A stretch of 62,817 nt of DNA, counting the filler, from Aduncisulcus paluster (Eukaryota), in the NCBI GenBank assembly GCA_024181965.1. It is 11 parts of 11 records of this genome, joined end to end, with 100 filler letters (N's around TTAATTAATTAA, not from the genome) between each part and the next. Parts side by side here need not be neighbours in the genome. Positions count along the whole stretch, not along the records: positions 1 to 7,132 come from BQXS01011454.1; positions 7,233 to 23,149 come from BQXS01011457.1; 9 more parts are not named here. One strand, given 5' to 3'. A model generated the notes under the pieces. That model did no database searches and was not told the origin of the DNA. It worked only from the letters and a program-made list of their open reading frames with translations. Positions 1-10,200 of this stretch are shown piece after piece. The translations under genes were made by a program, and so were the position numbers. Position 1 is the first letter of the stretch. The number at the start of each line of letters is the position of its first letter.

Positions 1-1185
1 AGTGGATATGGCTGCATTGAATTCTCTCAGCTCATTATTAAATTTCCGACCCCCAAACCAGTGACTGAGTTATATTTGTGTCTTTCCAAAGGTCTGAAAC
101 AACCCAAAGAGCTTGATATTGTGTGTAATTATTACTCTCCTGATGAATCTCCTCATACAGATGATCCAAAAATAGAAATAGAAACTGAGAAAGTTGTTTC
201 TAAAACCGTACATGATTTACAATTCTTTGATGATCCATCCCATTCTAAATCCATCCTCAAAGAAGTCCAGGTCCAACGATGCCATTCTGATTCCAGCTGT
301 GAGTGGCATTCAATCAAATTGACTCCTCCAATTCCTTTGGCTCCAATCGTGCAATCACCACCACGAGAATCTGAAGAAGGAGATGAAGATGTTTTGAATC
401 CTTATATACCTTCTCTTCTTTCCTCTATTTCCATCAAATGTCTGATGAGTTGGGGCGGATTATCCCACTGTCGAGTCGATCAGCTCAGAGTTATTTCGAC
501 ATCACCTTCGATCGGAGTGGAAGACGCAAGAGAAGAAGAAGAGAAAGAGCAAGGAAGTGATAGAATCATCGGGGATATTCGAGTTTCACCAACTCAAGAC
601 ATTATCTGTGATATTATTTCAACTTCTAAACGGTATCCCGTATCTCTTGGATCTTCAATTGTTGCTCCTCAAGAAGTACCTCAGATCCCTCCAGCAACCA
701 TCAAGGGAGTTTTCTTCCCTGGAAATGGACATTCGTCCTCGATTGATATTGAAACATCTTCACAGGAAGATCTGGACCAAGCAAAAGTCTTGTTTTGTCA
801 AGGAATTCAAGGATTATTCCTCAGATCTCTCTCTTTCTCAATTCCATCAGATATTTATAGTACCAAACAAATTGAAGGAATATCCATGTGCCTGTTGGGT
901 GGGAAATACCAACCAAGAAAGATATCTGTGAAATTCACTCTTCATGATGGGGAAGGAATCACCGATGGATATTGTTTCTCAATCCCAAAAATAGAAGAAG
1001 GAAAATGGAATTGGATCCGTTGCCCACTTAGGTTGGATATTTCTCCTCATTCTCCTCTTTCTTCTTCAGAAGTCAAACCGGGACATGAACTTTTAATGAT
1101 TTCGGATTGTTCTTTCATTTCTGTCGAGTCTTGGGGAAGTTCTGAGTGGGGTTTCATCCATTCTATTCGGTTTATTTATAGATAA
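1..1185 (+). CDS. 5'-partial protein with divergent DOC/APC10-like (galactose-binding-fold) domains
   Basis: Frame +1 is open from base 1 (SGYGCIEFSQLIIKFPTPKPVTELYLCL...) to TAA at 1185. IIKFPTPKPVTELYLCL and YQPRKISVKF...WNWIRCPL...FIHSIRF parallel the repeat unit at 7233-12705 and the APC10 YTPSKISV motif. Confidence 0.55.
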   Translation, partial: SGYGCIEFSQLIIKFPTPKPVTELYLCLSKGLKQPKELDIVCNYYSPDESPHTDDPKIEIETEKVVSKTVHDLQFFDDPSHSKSILKEVQVQRCHSDSSCEWHSIKLTPPIPLAPIVQSPPRESEEGDEDVLNPYIPSLLSSISIKCLMSWGGLSHCRVDQLRVISTSPSIGVEDAREEEEKEQGSDRIIGDIRVSPTQDIICDIISTSKRYPVSLGSSIVAPQEVPQIPPATIKGVFFPGNGHSSSIDIETSSQEDLDQAKVLFCQGIQGLFLRSLSFSIPSDIYSTKQIEGISMCLLGGKYQPRKISVKFTLHDGEGITDGYCFSIPKIEEGKWNWIRCPLRLDISPHSPLSSSEVKPGHELLMISDCSFISVESWGSSEWGFIHSIRFIYR

Positions 1186-2424
1186 TGAGAAAAATCATAA
1201 ATATCGTTTGTATTTTTTACTTGAAAATCGTTATTGACTTTTTTTTCCCTTCCATATTTTGCATTTTTTTTTTTTTTTATTATTTCAAATTTCATTACTT
1301 TTTCCGTTTTCCTATTCCTTTAATTTAATGTTAAAACATTTACTATGATTGATTTTTTTGTAGCATTTATCTTGCGTTCTAATGTAGAATATAAGCATAC
1401 AGTTTCATTTTTTACTCCATAATATTAAGATTTCCTTCTTATTTTCTTATCAAAGATCTTATTCTTAATCCTTATTATTATTCAATATTAATTATTCAAT
1501 AATTATTGTCATTTTTACTTTTATTTTCCCCTCAAAACATTATTTTTTTGTTTCTCTCGAATGTTTGAATCCCAATTCAATCGGATTGAGTTGCAATCAC
1601 TCAATGGTTTTGTCCTCACACCTTATTTTGTTGTTATCTCACACTCTTAATTTATTTTCACGAAAAAATTTTCGGAAAAAGACAATTGAAATTTCGTGGA
1701 TTAGTACACGTAAGCCTTTTTTTACATTTTTTGGAATTTGAGACTTTCTTTTGAGATGACAGCTGTACTTTTTCTTGAGTGTTATGAGTATCATACTCAG
1801 AGTATGAATAAATCTTTGAGAGAATAGAATGTATCATGCTATTGCATTGGATACATATAATACTGTTTCATATCTAGATAAGCTAGACATCTTTTCTATT
1901 ATTACGCATACCAAATTGAAAAATATGTGGGGTTTTTGTTGGGAATTCGAAAGAAAAAGCAGTAAACGAGAACAAAAATTCTGCATGAAGAAAGTTGATG
2001 CTACTAATTCTACTACGGACTAAACCGTTATTTTGTTTTTATTTTTATTTTTATTTATATTTTTCCTTGACTAGATAGCTGATTTTACAGTAATAAACGA
2101 TATATAAAAGTGTCATTTTTTGTCTTTTCAAAATTTCTGTAATTGATATAATATACAGAAAATAAATCAATATCTCAAATGGGCAATCTCTATTTTATTT
2201 ATCACGTTAATAGTTTTCTTGTTTGTGACTCGATCGCAGATTCGAAAGTTTTTTTTTGTTTTTTTTCGCATTGCCAAAGTTTTCCTCAAAAAATACGGGT
2301 TTTTCTTGGGCAATTGTCGCAAGTTCTTTGTCAATTCTGTGTGTAGAGTGTCAACTTCAAGTTGATATTATTGGAGTTGACCTCCCAATTGATCTCCCCT
2401 ACCTGACGTTTCGGATGGACACCC

Positions 2425-2746
2425 CGGTTAAAAAACGCATTTTCAGGCGGGAGATTTATTGGGAGACCCTTTATAACCTAAGGTTATTAACCTTCAAATT
2501 GATCTTTACCTTGAAGTATTTTTTATACCTGGCTTTTGATGACCTGCTTGTTGGTGGTCGGGCGGTATTCTTTTTATACCTGGCTCTTGATGGCCTTGGC
2601 TCGATAGCCTACTTGTGGGTGGTCGGTCGGTTAAAGAACGCATTTTCAGGTTGGAGATTTATTGGGAGGCTCTTTATAACCTTGATCTTGACTTTGAACT
2701 AATTTTTACACCTGGCTCTTGATAGCTTACTTGTAGGTGGTCGGGC
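2425..2746. repeat. Imperfect ~200-bp tandem duplication with internal sub-repeats
   Basis: CGGTTAAA(A/G)AACGCATTTTCAGG..GGAGATTTATTGGGAG..CTTTATAACCT at 2425 and 2628; CCTGGCT(T/C)TTGAT...CTTGT.GGTGGTCGG occurs three times. Confidence 0.75.
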
Positions 2747-2969
2747 TATGGTGGATTTTACTAAAATGATATTTTAGTAAATCCAAATTCATTTAAATCA
2801 ATCCATTGGCATACAAATGCCCGTTTCTATAGAATATTCCATGATTTTTATAAAGATATTTTATATTAAACCAAAATGGGATGTTAAATTATTCATTTTG
2901 AATACTATTCAATGAAAAGGTGAGAAAAATACAATTGGCCGGTTGGTATCGGCTGAGCCGATAGAAAGG

Positions 2970-3120
2970 CACTTCCTTCATATTGATTTGGATACTGATG
3001 TATGCGAAATTGAAGGGAAACAGGGAACGTCTCCCGAAAAGAATTGTCGAAATTTCTTAATCAGATCATCTGATGATCAGAGGAACTTCATCTACTCCCT
3101 TTTTTTTACTATGACAGAAG
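2970..3120 (+). pseudogene. Decayed fragment of the DOC-like repeat domain
   Basis: HFLHIDLDTDVCEIEGKQGTSPEKNCRNFLIRS matches WHFLPIDLDNVVLCEIEGKGTWYEKNSRCFDIRS of the repeat unit; no intact upstream portion. Confidence 0.7.
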
Positions 3121-3351
3121 AAAATATTGCCGCTGAATGTTTGTCTCAACTTCTATGTCAATAATCCAGGATTATATCCTGTGACATGACGATTTTATCA
3201 TGATTCATGTAAAAGGAACCAGTCAAAGACGAATAATTCCATCACAAGTAACAATCACAATTTAAATTAAATTATTTATAATGAGTCAGTAAATCCATGT
3301 AGAAATATTATTTAATATTTCTCCAATCTTTGAAATTACCCAGACTAAACT

Positions 3352-4446
3352 TCATTCTTCCATAACATTGATTTGAGCTATTTTCATCACTTTGACAGGA
3401 TTCCTAAGCTCTGTCTTCGGCAATAGAGGAACTAATGTTTTCTGTGGAATTCTTAACCTCTCTTCAATCTTCGATTTGGGTCTGATTTTAGGGAAAGGAA
3501 GTTCTTCGGGCGCTGGAGGCAATTCAGGATCTCTGGGAGGCAACAGAGGGATTCCTATGTAAGGACCATCTCCAACACCTTCCATACTGGCCTCAAATTT
3601 CATATGTTCGAACCTAACCTCTTCAAGAAGATCCATTTCTCCTTCACCGACATGTGGATAAAACAACTCTTTCATTCTCTCGGAAGAAATGTAAAAAGAC
3701 ATCGGAAGACCAGGCCAGGGACCTGCAGAGTTGGCCCAGAATTCTACCATTCTTATTTCATCTTCTTGAGTCCAATGCTCGACAGATGAACACCGGGCGA
3801 TTCCATCTTTCCATAATCCACTAAATTTGTTCCTAGAGCGACAAAAAAAGTACTCCCCAAGTCCATTTTGAAGACCATTGGCAAAATTACCGAAATATAC
3901 ATCACCGTTAGCTTTAATGAGGATTCCTTTGCCACTTCTTCTATCATCTTCCCATCCACCTCTGTATATTGATCCCCATCCAAATTCTTTCTTTTCTTCT
4001 TTGGTTGGAGCAAGAAATTCAACTCCAAAGCCACACCGTAAACCAGCTTTCCACTGTCCAACATACTTACCACCATCTGTGAGATATAAAGTACCAATTC
4101 CATGCATTCTTCCTTTTTCGAATTGACCAGCATACCCTTTAACAAGGACATCACCTGTTTTTTTATAATAAACACCCCATCCATGCTGAACGGATTCTTC
4201 CCACTCACCTTGATATTTATCTCCACTTTTAAACACTTGGACACCACAACCATGACGTTTACCATCTTTCCAACACCCTTTGTAATGCCCCCCCTTAGGG
4301 TGATATACAGTGGAATGATGACCGTTACGTAGAGATAGATTTTCAAGCATATCCATCCGAGAGGTTTGGGTCTTTATGTCTGTCTCTTCAAATATTGGTT
4401 CATCTAGTTCTCGATGAGAATCTACAATTTCATCGCTATATTGCAT
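3352..4446 (-). CDS. MORN-repeat protein (MORN3-like)
   Basis: About seven YxGxWxxGxxHGxG repeats (YKGCWKDGKRHGCG, YQGEWEESVQHGWG, YVGQWKAGLRCGFG). Likely start MQYSDE at 4446. Confidence 0.9.
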   Translation of the reverse strand: MQYSDEIVDSHRELDEPIFEETDIKTQTSRMDMLENLSLRNGHHSTVYHPKGGHYKGCWKDGKRHGCGVQVFKSGDKYQGEWEESVQHGWGVYYKKTGDVLVKGYAGQFEKGRMHGIGTLYLTDGGKYVGQWKAGLRCGFGVEFLAPTKEEKKEFGWGSIYRGGWEDDRRSGKGILIKANGDVYFGNFANGLQNGLGEYFFCRSRNKFSGLWKDGIARCSSVEHWTQEDEIRMVEFWANSAGPWPGLPMSFYISSERMKELFYPHVGEGEMDLLEEVRFEHMKFEASMEGVGDGPYIGIPLLPPRDPELPPAPEELPFPKIRPKSKIEERLRIPQKTLVPLLPKTELRNPVKVMKIAQINVMEE

Positions 4447-4663
4447 TGCTATTAAATAAATATGATCAAAAAATGCGTTTTTCAAAAAAATCTTCATGCT
4501 CCCTTATTTATTTTCTAAGAAAGGAATTTAATTTTCAATAATTTGTTATATAGATCTCAATTATGGAAATAAATATGCATAAAATTGTCTAATTTGGATA
4601 GGAAAAAGAAAAATTCAAAATGCGATCTTGCAAACAAATCAAACTCGAGCAGATCATTTCACG

Positions 4664-7132
4664 ATGGAATCATCAGTCGAAATGAGTACTTCACCCGATC
4701 TATCAATTTATTTTTGCAATGGCTCGCAGTTGTTGGACACATCATGCAAAGACTCCGTTGAAGAACTATCAATTAGGAGTCTGTCAACAATTCCCGAAGA
4801 TTTTTGTTTAAAAAATGATGTTAATATCAAACAAATTCTTTCCACTCGTATTAAAGAAGGAGAATCTCTATTATACCAATTGTATGGTGCTCGAACCATT
4901 ACCCGAGTCCTATCAAATATTTCATTGGGTGACGTTGAAATGTCCTTATATAAGTTGCTTCTTCCAAGATTTCAATTATTTTTATCTGTTGCTGAATACC
5001 AACAAAAATTAATATCGCTCATTGGTGAGTATTTCTCTGTCCTTGAGGATCGCATTAATACGAAATGCCCTAAAATTCAACAGAAAAAGAAAAAGAATGT
5101 TGATGATATGCTCAAAGGCACGTTACCTTCAGATTCTTTAACTTCTGAAGTCCCTTCGATATTGGATCCTGAATGTTCTCCAAATCCAATTATTCTGGAC
5201 ACATTATCTCATTCTATTGACATTTTACTCTGTTTGGATGCACTTAAGGATTCTAAAACCTCCATATCAAACGATTTATCCACTTTCCGCCATGCCTTCA
5301 GTTCTATTCGTTATCGGATTGAAACAAGCTATGAAATGGAAAGAAACATTGATTTTGTGCATAAATTGATCACAGAAAAAGAAAAAGAATGTTGATGATA
5401 TGCTCAAAGGCACGTTACCTTCAGATTCTTTAACTTCTGAAGTCCCTTCGATATTGGATCCTGAATGTTCTCCAAATCCAATTATTCTGGACACATTATC
5501 TCATTCTATTGACATTTTACTCTGTTTGGATGCACTTAAGGATTCTAAAACCTCCATATCAAACGATTTATCCACTTTCCGCCATGCCTTCAGTTCTATT
5601 CGTTATCGGATTGAAACAAGCTATGAAATGGAAAGAAACATTGATTTTGTGCATAAATTGATCACAGAAAAGAATTCCATTTCCAAGACTCTCATTAAAA
5701 AATTGAAACCATTTCCTTATGTAGTATCTTATCTTGCAGCGAGATCATGTCGTCATATTTTGTCTACCATTGGCCCCATACTCCTCGGCGTTGACTCTGA
5801 TGACACAGGATATGGTGAACATTGTCAGCAAGAACATAATTCAACAATGTGTTTCCTTCCTCCTGATCGTGTGTTTGAAGCCACTAGAATCTGTGGTGTT
5901 TGCACGATTATTCTTGAAGAATATAATCAAAAGGGAGTGTATCCTTTCCCCGCTGATCGCGAAAAGCTCTTCTTCATCCTCTCTCGTCTTCCAGTAATCC
6001 CCGTGATCTGTGACTTTTGTTACTCTCCCATCTCCTTTGTGCATGATTATCTCCCTACGTTGAAAGGTGTTCTGATAAAATCAAAACCTGTGAGCATCAA
6101 GAATAGTCTTGTTCTTGTGCATGAACGTCTTCTTAAATGTATTTCAGAGGGTGAGCGGTTATCCATGATCGCTGGTCAACTTGAGAAGAAAGGAGAGAAA
6201 GAGATTGCTTCGTTCTTCTCCCATTCAGCTGTCTCTCTCTCCACTCTCCTCTCTTCACATTCCTCCGCAGCCAGTTGTCTCCATTTCATCATGTCCTCTA
6301 TGTCTTCCTTGAGTATGGCCACATCTCTCTTCCTTCTTCTCAATGCATCTAAATTAACTCATCCAGCTAGCAAGGATCATGTCTCTCGAATCACGAATGG
6401 AAAGATTATCGACCCGTCCCCTTACGAAAGAGCTGTCCGCTTCAATTTTACCCCTACTGAAAGGTCATCCATGCTTCACATTCTTTCTCTCATTCGTTCT
6501 CTCCAACATATAATAGCCCAGCCACTCTTCCTCAAAGTCTGTCTCCCCCCCTCCCTCTCTTTTGTGAATCTACTGACTCAATTATACATAAAAGCTGCAA
6601 TTGTCTCATCTAAGTCGGCATTGCTACTCCCCATGGTTGATTGTAGCGAGCATTTCTCTGTGGACACTCTTGTTTCCTTCGGGGATGCCATTGTTCCAGT
6701 TAAACGCAATACTCTTCCTTCGTATAATATATTATTCCTCGTACAGGCATGCTGTGAGCGAGCTTGCGGTGGCATTGAATCGATATACGAGAGTTTAAGG
6801 GTTCCAATTTCATCTACAGGGATATCCCCTTCCAAGGTATCCCCTTCCAAGGTTAGACATTATAGTTTTTATAGTGATAGTCTCTCCATTAGTTCCCTCT
6901 GTTCCGACCTGTCTTCTCATTCATTCAGTCTTTTGTCTTTCTTGGTATCCCATTACATCACTCCCTCTCTGATCTCTGCTCTGTCTCATCTTCCTTCTTT
7001 CCTGCATCACACGTGCAATGTGGGGCATGTATTCTTCAAGGAATTGTATTGTGAGATTGAAAGGAAAACATATTTCCAACCGTCTCTGTCTTTGCCATAC
7101 GTTTTGTGCAATTCATCAAACTCTTTTGGATC
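4664..7132 (+). CDS. CYFIP: CYFIP/Sra1/PIR121 (WAVE regulatory complex) homolog, 3'-truncated, split by a 292-bp duplication
   Basis: LYGARTITR, LDALKDSKTSISNDLSTFRHA, KLTHP...YERAVRFNFTPTE and LYCEIERKTYFQPSLSLPYVL match CYFIP motifs [30 protein letters not shown], KLVHP...YERATRYNYTSEE, FPIEMSMPWIL in order. Removing one duplicate copy joins the two ORFs. Confidence 0.75.
5080..5671. repeat. 292-bp tandem duplication inside CYFIP (frameshifting)
   Basis: 5080-5371 = 5372-5663 with no difference seen; ACAGAAAA junction microhomology; 292 is not a multiple of 3. Confidence 0.9.
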
Positions 7133-7232
7133 NNNNNNNNNNNNNNNNNNNNNNNNNNNNNNNNNNNNNNNNNNNNTTAATTAATTAANNNNNNNNNNNN
7201 NNNNNNNNNNNNNNNNNNNNNNNNNNNNNNNN
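7133..7232. other. Artificial contig linker (first of ten)
   Basis: 44N-TTAATTAATTAA-44N; identical linkers at 23150-23249, 28008-28107, 38461-38560, 42676-42775, 46029-46128, 48797-48896, 52458-52557, 55804-55903, 59840-59939. Confidence 0.99.
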
Positions 7233-10200
7233 CACGCAGAGGGTTTAGGTTGTGAAAGTCGTTTTTCTTGTTTGGTGGAAGAAGAGGAAGGAATATAACT
7301 CTTGGAAGTTACAGATGATGTGATAGAATCTAAGACTTGGACCATTCCAAGATCAGAGAGAACAACTGTACATTCTCCATCTTTGGGATCAACACGAACA
7401 AGGAAGTTATCAGGTTTGACATCTCGATGGACAAGGTCTTTCTTTGCTCTAAACACATCATCAAGACACTCAATCATGCCAACACAGAGAGAACATACTT
7501 TCACAGGATTTAGTGTCATGGGATCAAAATGAGTTGTGCCAATATTATACTTGGAGTCAGAATCAGAAATACAAGATGAATCAGAATCTTCACTATCATC
7601 AGCATCACCAATATCACTCACATACTTGCCATCATCACACCAACTTCTAGCAAATGCACTCACACTACCTCCAGCACAATATTCCATGATAAATCCATAT
7701 TCACCTTTCATATCTGCATCAAGAAGATCAAGGATATACAAAGGACGAGGGATACGAATGAAACATTTGCCATTTGTAAACAATTTGAGTTGCATCTTGA
7801 ACTCCTTTCGACATTCTTTAACAACACTTTCATCAGCTTCACGGAGCATTTTCTTCAAAACACAAGGAATAGGAATACCTTCAACTTTAACAAGAAGAAC
7901 CTCACCAAATCCACCATAACCAATGATGCACTGAGGAGTCATGGTTGCAGAGGAAGTGAGAGTGAAAGAGTCATGTTTGATAAGCTTTGTGGAATCTGAA
8001 GGAAGGGGAGGAATGTCTTCACCTTTAATGAAAATGAGGGATTTCATTTTAAAACTTCGACGACCCTTCTCATATTTCCCTGTCCATTTTCCCTGAATCT
8101 CACATAATACAACATTTGGAAGATCAATAGGAAGAAAGAAGTAATATTTAGGTTTTTGTAGATCTTCTGTGAATTCATACCTCTTGGATATCTTCTTTCC
8201 GTTAGAAAGAGTGAAAGTGAAGAGAAGAGCAGAACAATCATCAAATAAAGTAATATATGCACCTTTAATTGAATTAAGTGATTGAAAAGGGATAGAAATA
8301 TGGGAAAAAACTATGTCACCTTCCCCCTTTAACATTTTTTGTGCATCTAAGCTCTGATCATACTTCTCAGATTCCTTACAACATACATTATTCTTACACG
8401 TAACATCTGAGAAAGAAGGCTTTATGATTGAGGTATCATCAAGGGAATCTACAATTTCTTTGGTTACAGATATTGGTATCACAGGTGAAGATTTCAACCA
8501 GAGTTCTTCGAGATCTATTTTTTGTTTTTTTCGAGCAATATATTCATCAGGAGTTTCTTCTCGATAAAAAGCAAGGGAAGAAATATCGAAATGCTCCCTT
8601 TCTTCTTCGTATCTTTTGATATCACATGAAACAACATCACTGAGGTCAATTGAAAGCCTAAACCAACGATCTGAAAAATCAGAAAACTCATCAAATTTAT
8701 ATAAATATGATATTTCGTTTCCATTTGAAGAAGTGAATGTGAAAGTAAGAGATGGAGATTTACGAGATGATAAACATAGACAGATATAGGCACATTTTAT
8801 AGATGTTGATGATTTGAAAGGAATGGAAATAAAATAAAACTTATAACCACCACCCTCTCCTTTAATCATCATCATCGCTTGTGCACAATCGCTCTGATAA
8901 TATAAACTTTCATATTCTATTTCCATTCTTCCATTAATTCTTGCTTTAATTGCAAAAAATTCTGGAATGATAAATGTTGGATCATCTCGAGGGATTGGAA
9001 TGCATGAAGGATCTTCATTATAGATATATTCAGCTTTTCTCAATAAAATACGTTGTTTGAGGAAAACTAAAGAAGTGATTGCAAAACATCGACTATTCTT
9101 CTTCTTCCACCTTCCTTTCCCTTCAATCTCACACAATACAACGTTATACAAATCAATAGGAAGGAAGTGCCATTCATAGTCATTTTCAGGTTCTATGAAT
9201 TCATACTTCTTGAATGTCTTCTTACCATCACAATCAGTGAAAGTGAAGAGAAGAGAGGGTGAACTAGTATTCTTATTCACACAGATATAAGCACCTTTCA
9301 TTGGACTAGGTGATGGGAAAGGAATGGAAAGATGGGATAATTTCACCCTACTTTCGCCTTTCAACATTTTTTGAGCTTTTTCACTTTGGTCATACTCCTC
9401 AGATTCCTTGCTCACCGAATAATTCTTTCCCTTGACCATCTCAAAAGAAGGATTATTAACGGCTGCATTATCACGTGGAATGGGGATGGCAGATGGATCG
9501 CCAGAATTCACAAACTCTGATTCAATGGTGGGCTATATATCATTTTTGAAAAAAGAGATATATAATGGTATTAGAAACAAATCAAGAGATAATATTGTAA
9601 AACAAGATTAGCGTGAATCGTATCAAATAATAAAACAAAGAAATGTGAAAATATTAAACCAATAAAATATAATGAACATACAGCTTTAGACCATTGTTCC
9701 TCAATGGATTCTCGAATACAACGTTCTTCAGGGGTTTCTTCTCGAAAGAATACGAGGGAGAGGATGACAAAGTATCGACTATTCTTCCACCACCAACTTC
9801 CTTTCCCTTCAATCTCACACAATACAACGTTAGCCAAATCAATAGGAAGGAAGTGCCATTCATGGTAATGTTTAAGTTCTGTGAATTCATACTTCTTGAA
9901 TGTCTTCTTACCATCACAATCAGTGAAAGTGAAGAGAAGAGAGGGTGAACTATCAACCACATCCACACAGATATAAGCACCTTTCATTGGACTAGGTGAT
10001 GGGAAAGGGATGGAAAGATGGGATAATTCCACGCTACCTTCACCTTTCAACATTTCTTGAGCTTCTTCACTTTGGTCATACTTCTCAGATTCCTTACTCT
10101 TCGAATAATTCTTTCCCTTGACCATCTCAAAAGAAGGATTATTAACGGCTGCATTATCACGTGGAATGGGGATGGCAGATGCATCGCCAGAATTCACAAA

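Noticed and set aside
5080-5671. 292-bp duplication as a real CYFIP-disrupting mutation
   Set aside because: Identical copies with microhomology breaking a conserved gene; most simply an assembly error, pending reads.
7133-7232. Recurrent TTAATTAATTAA palindrome within N runs
   Set aside because: Synthetic all-frame stop linker, identical at ten sites; ORF ends such as XXXLIN are artefacts.
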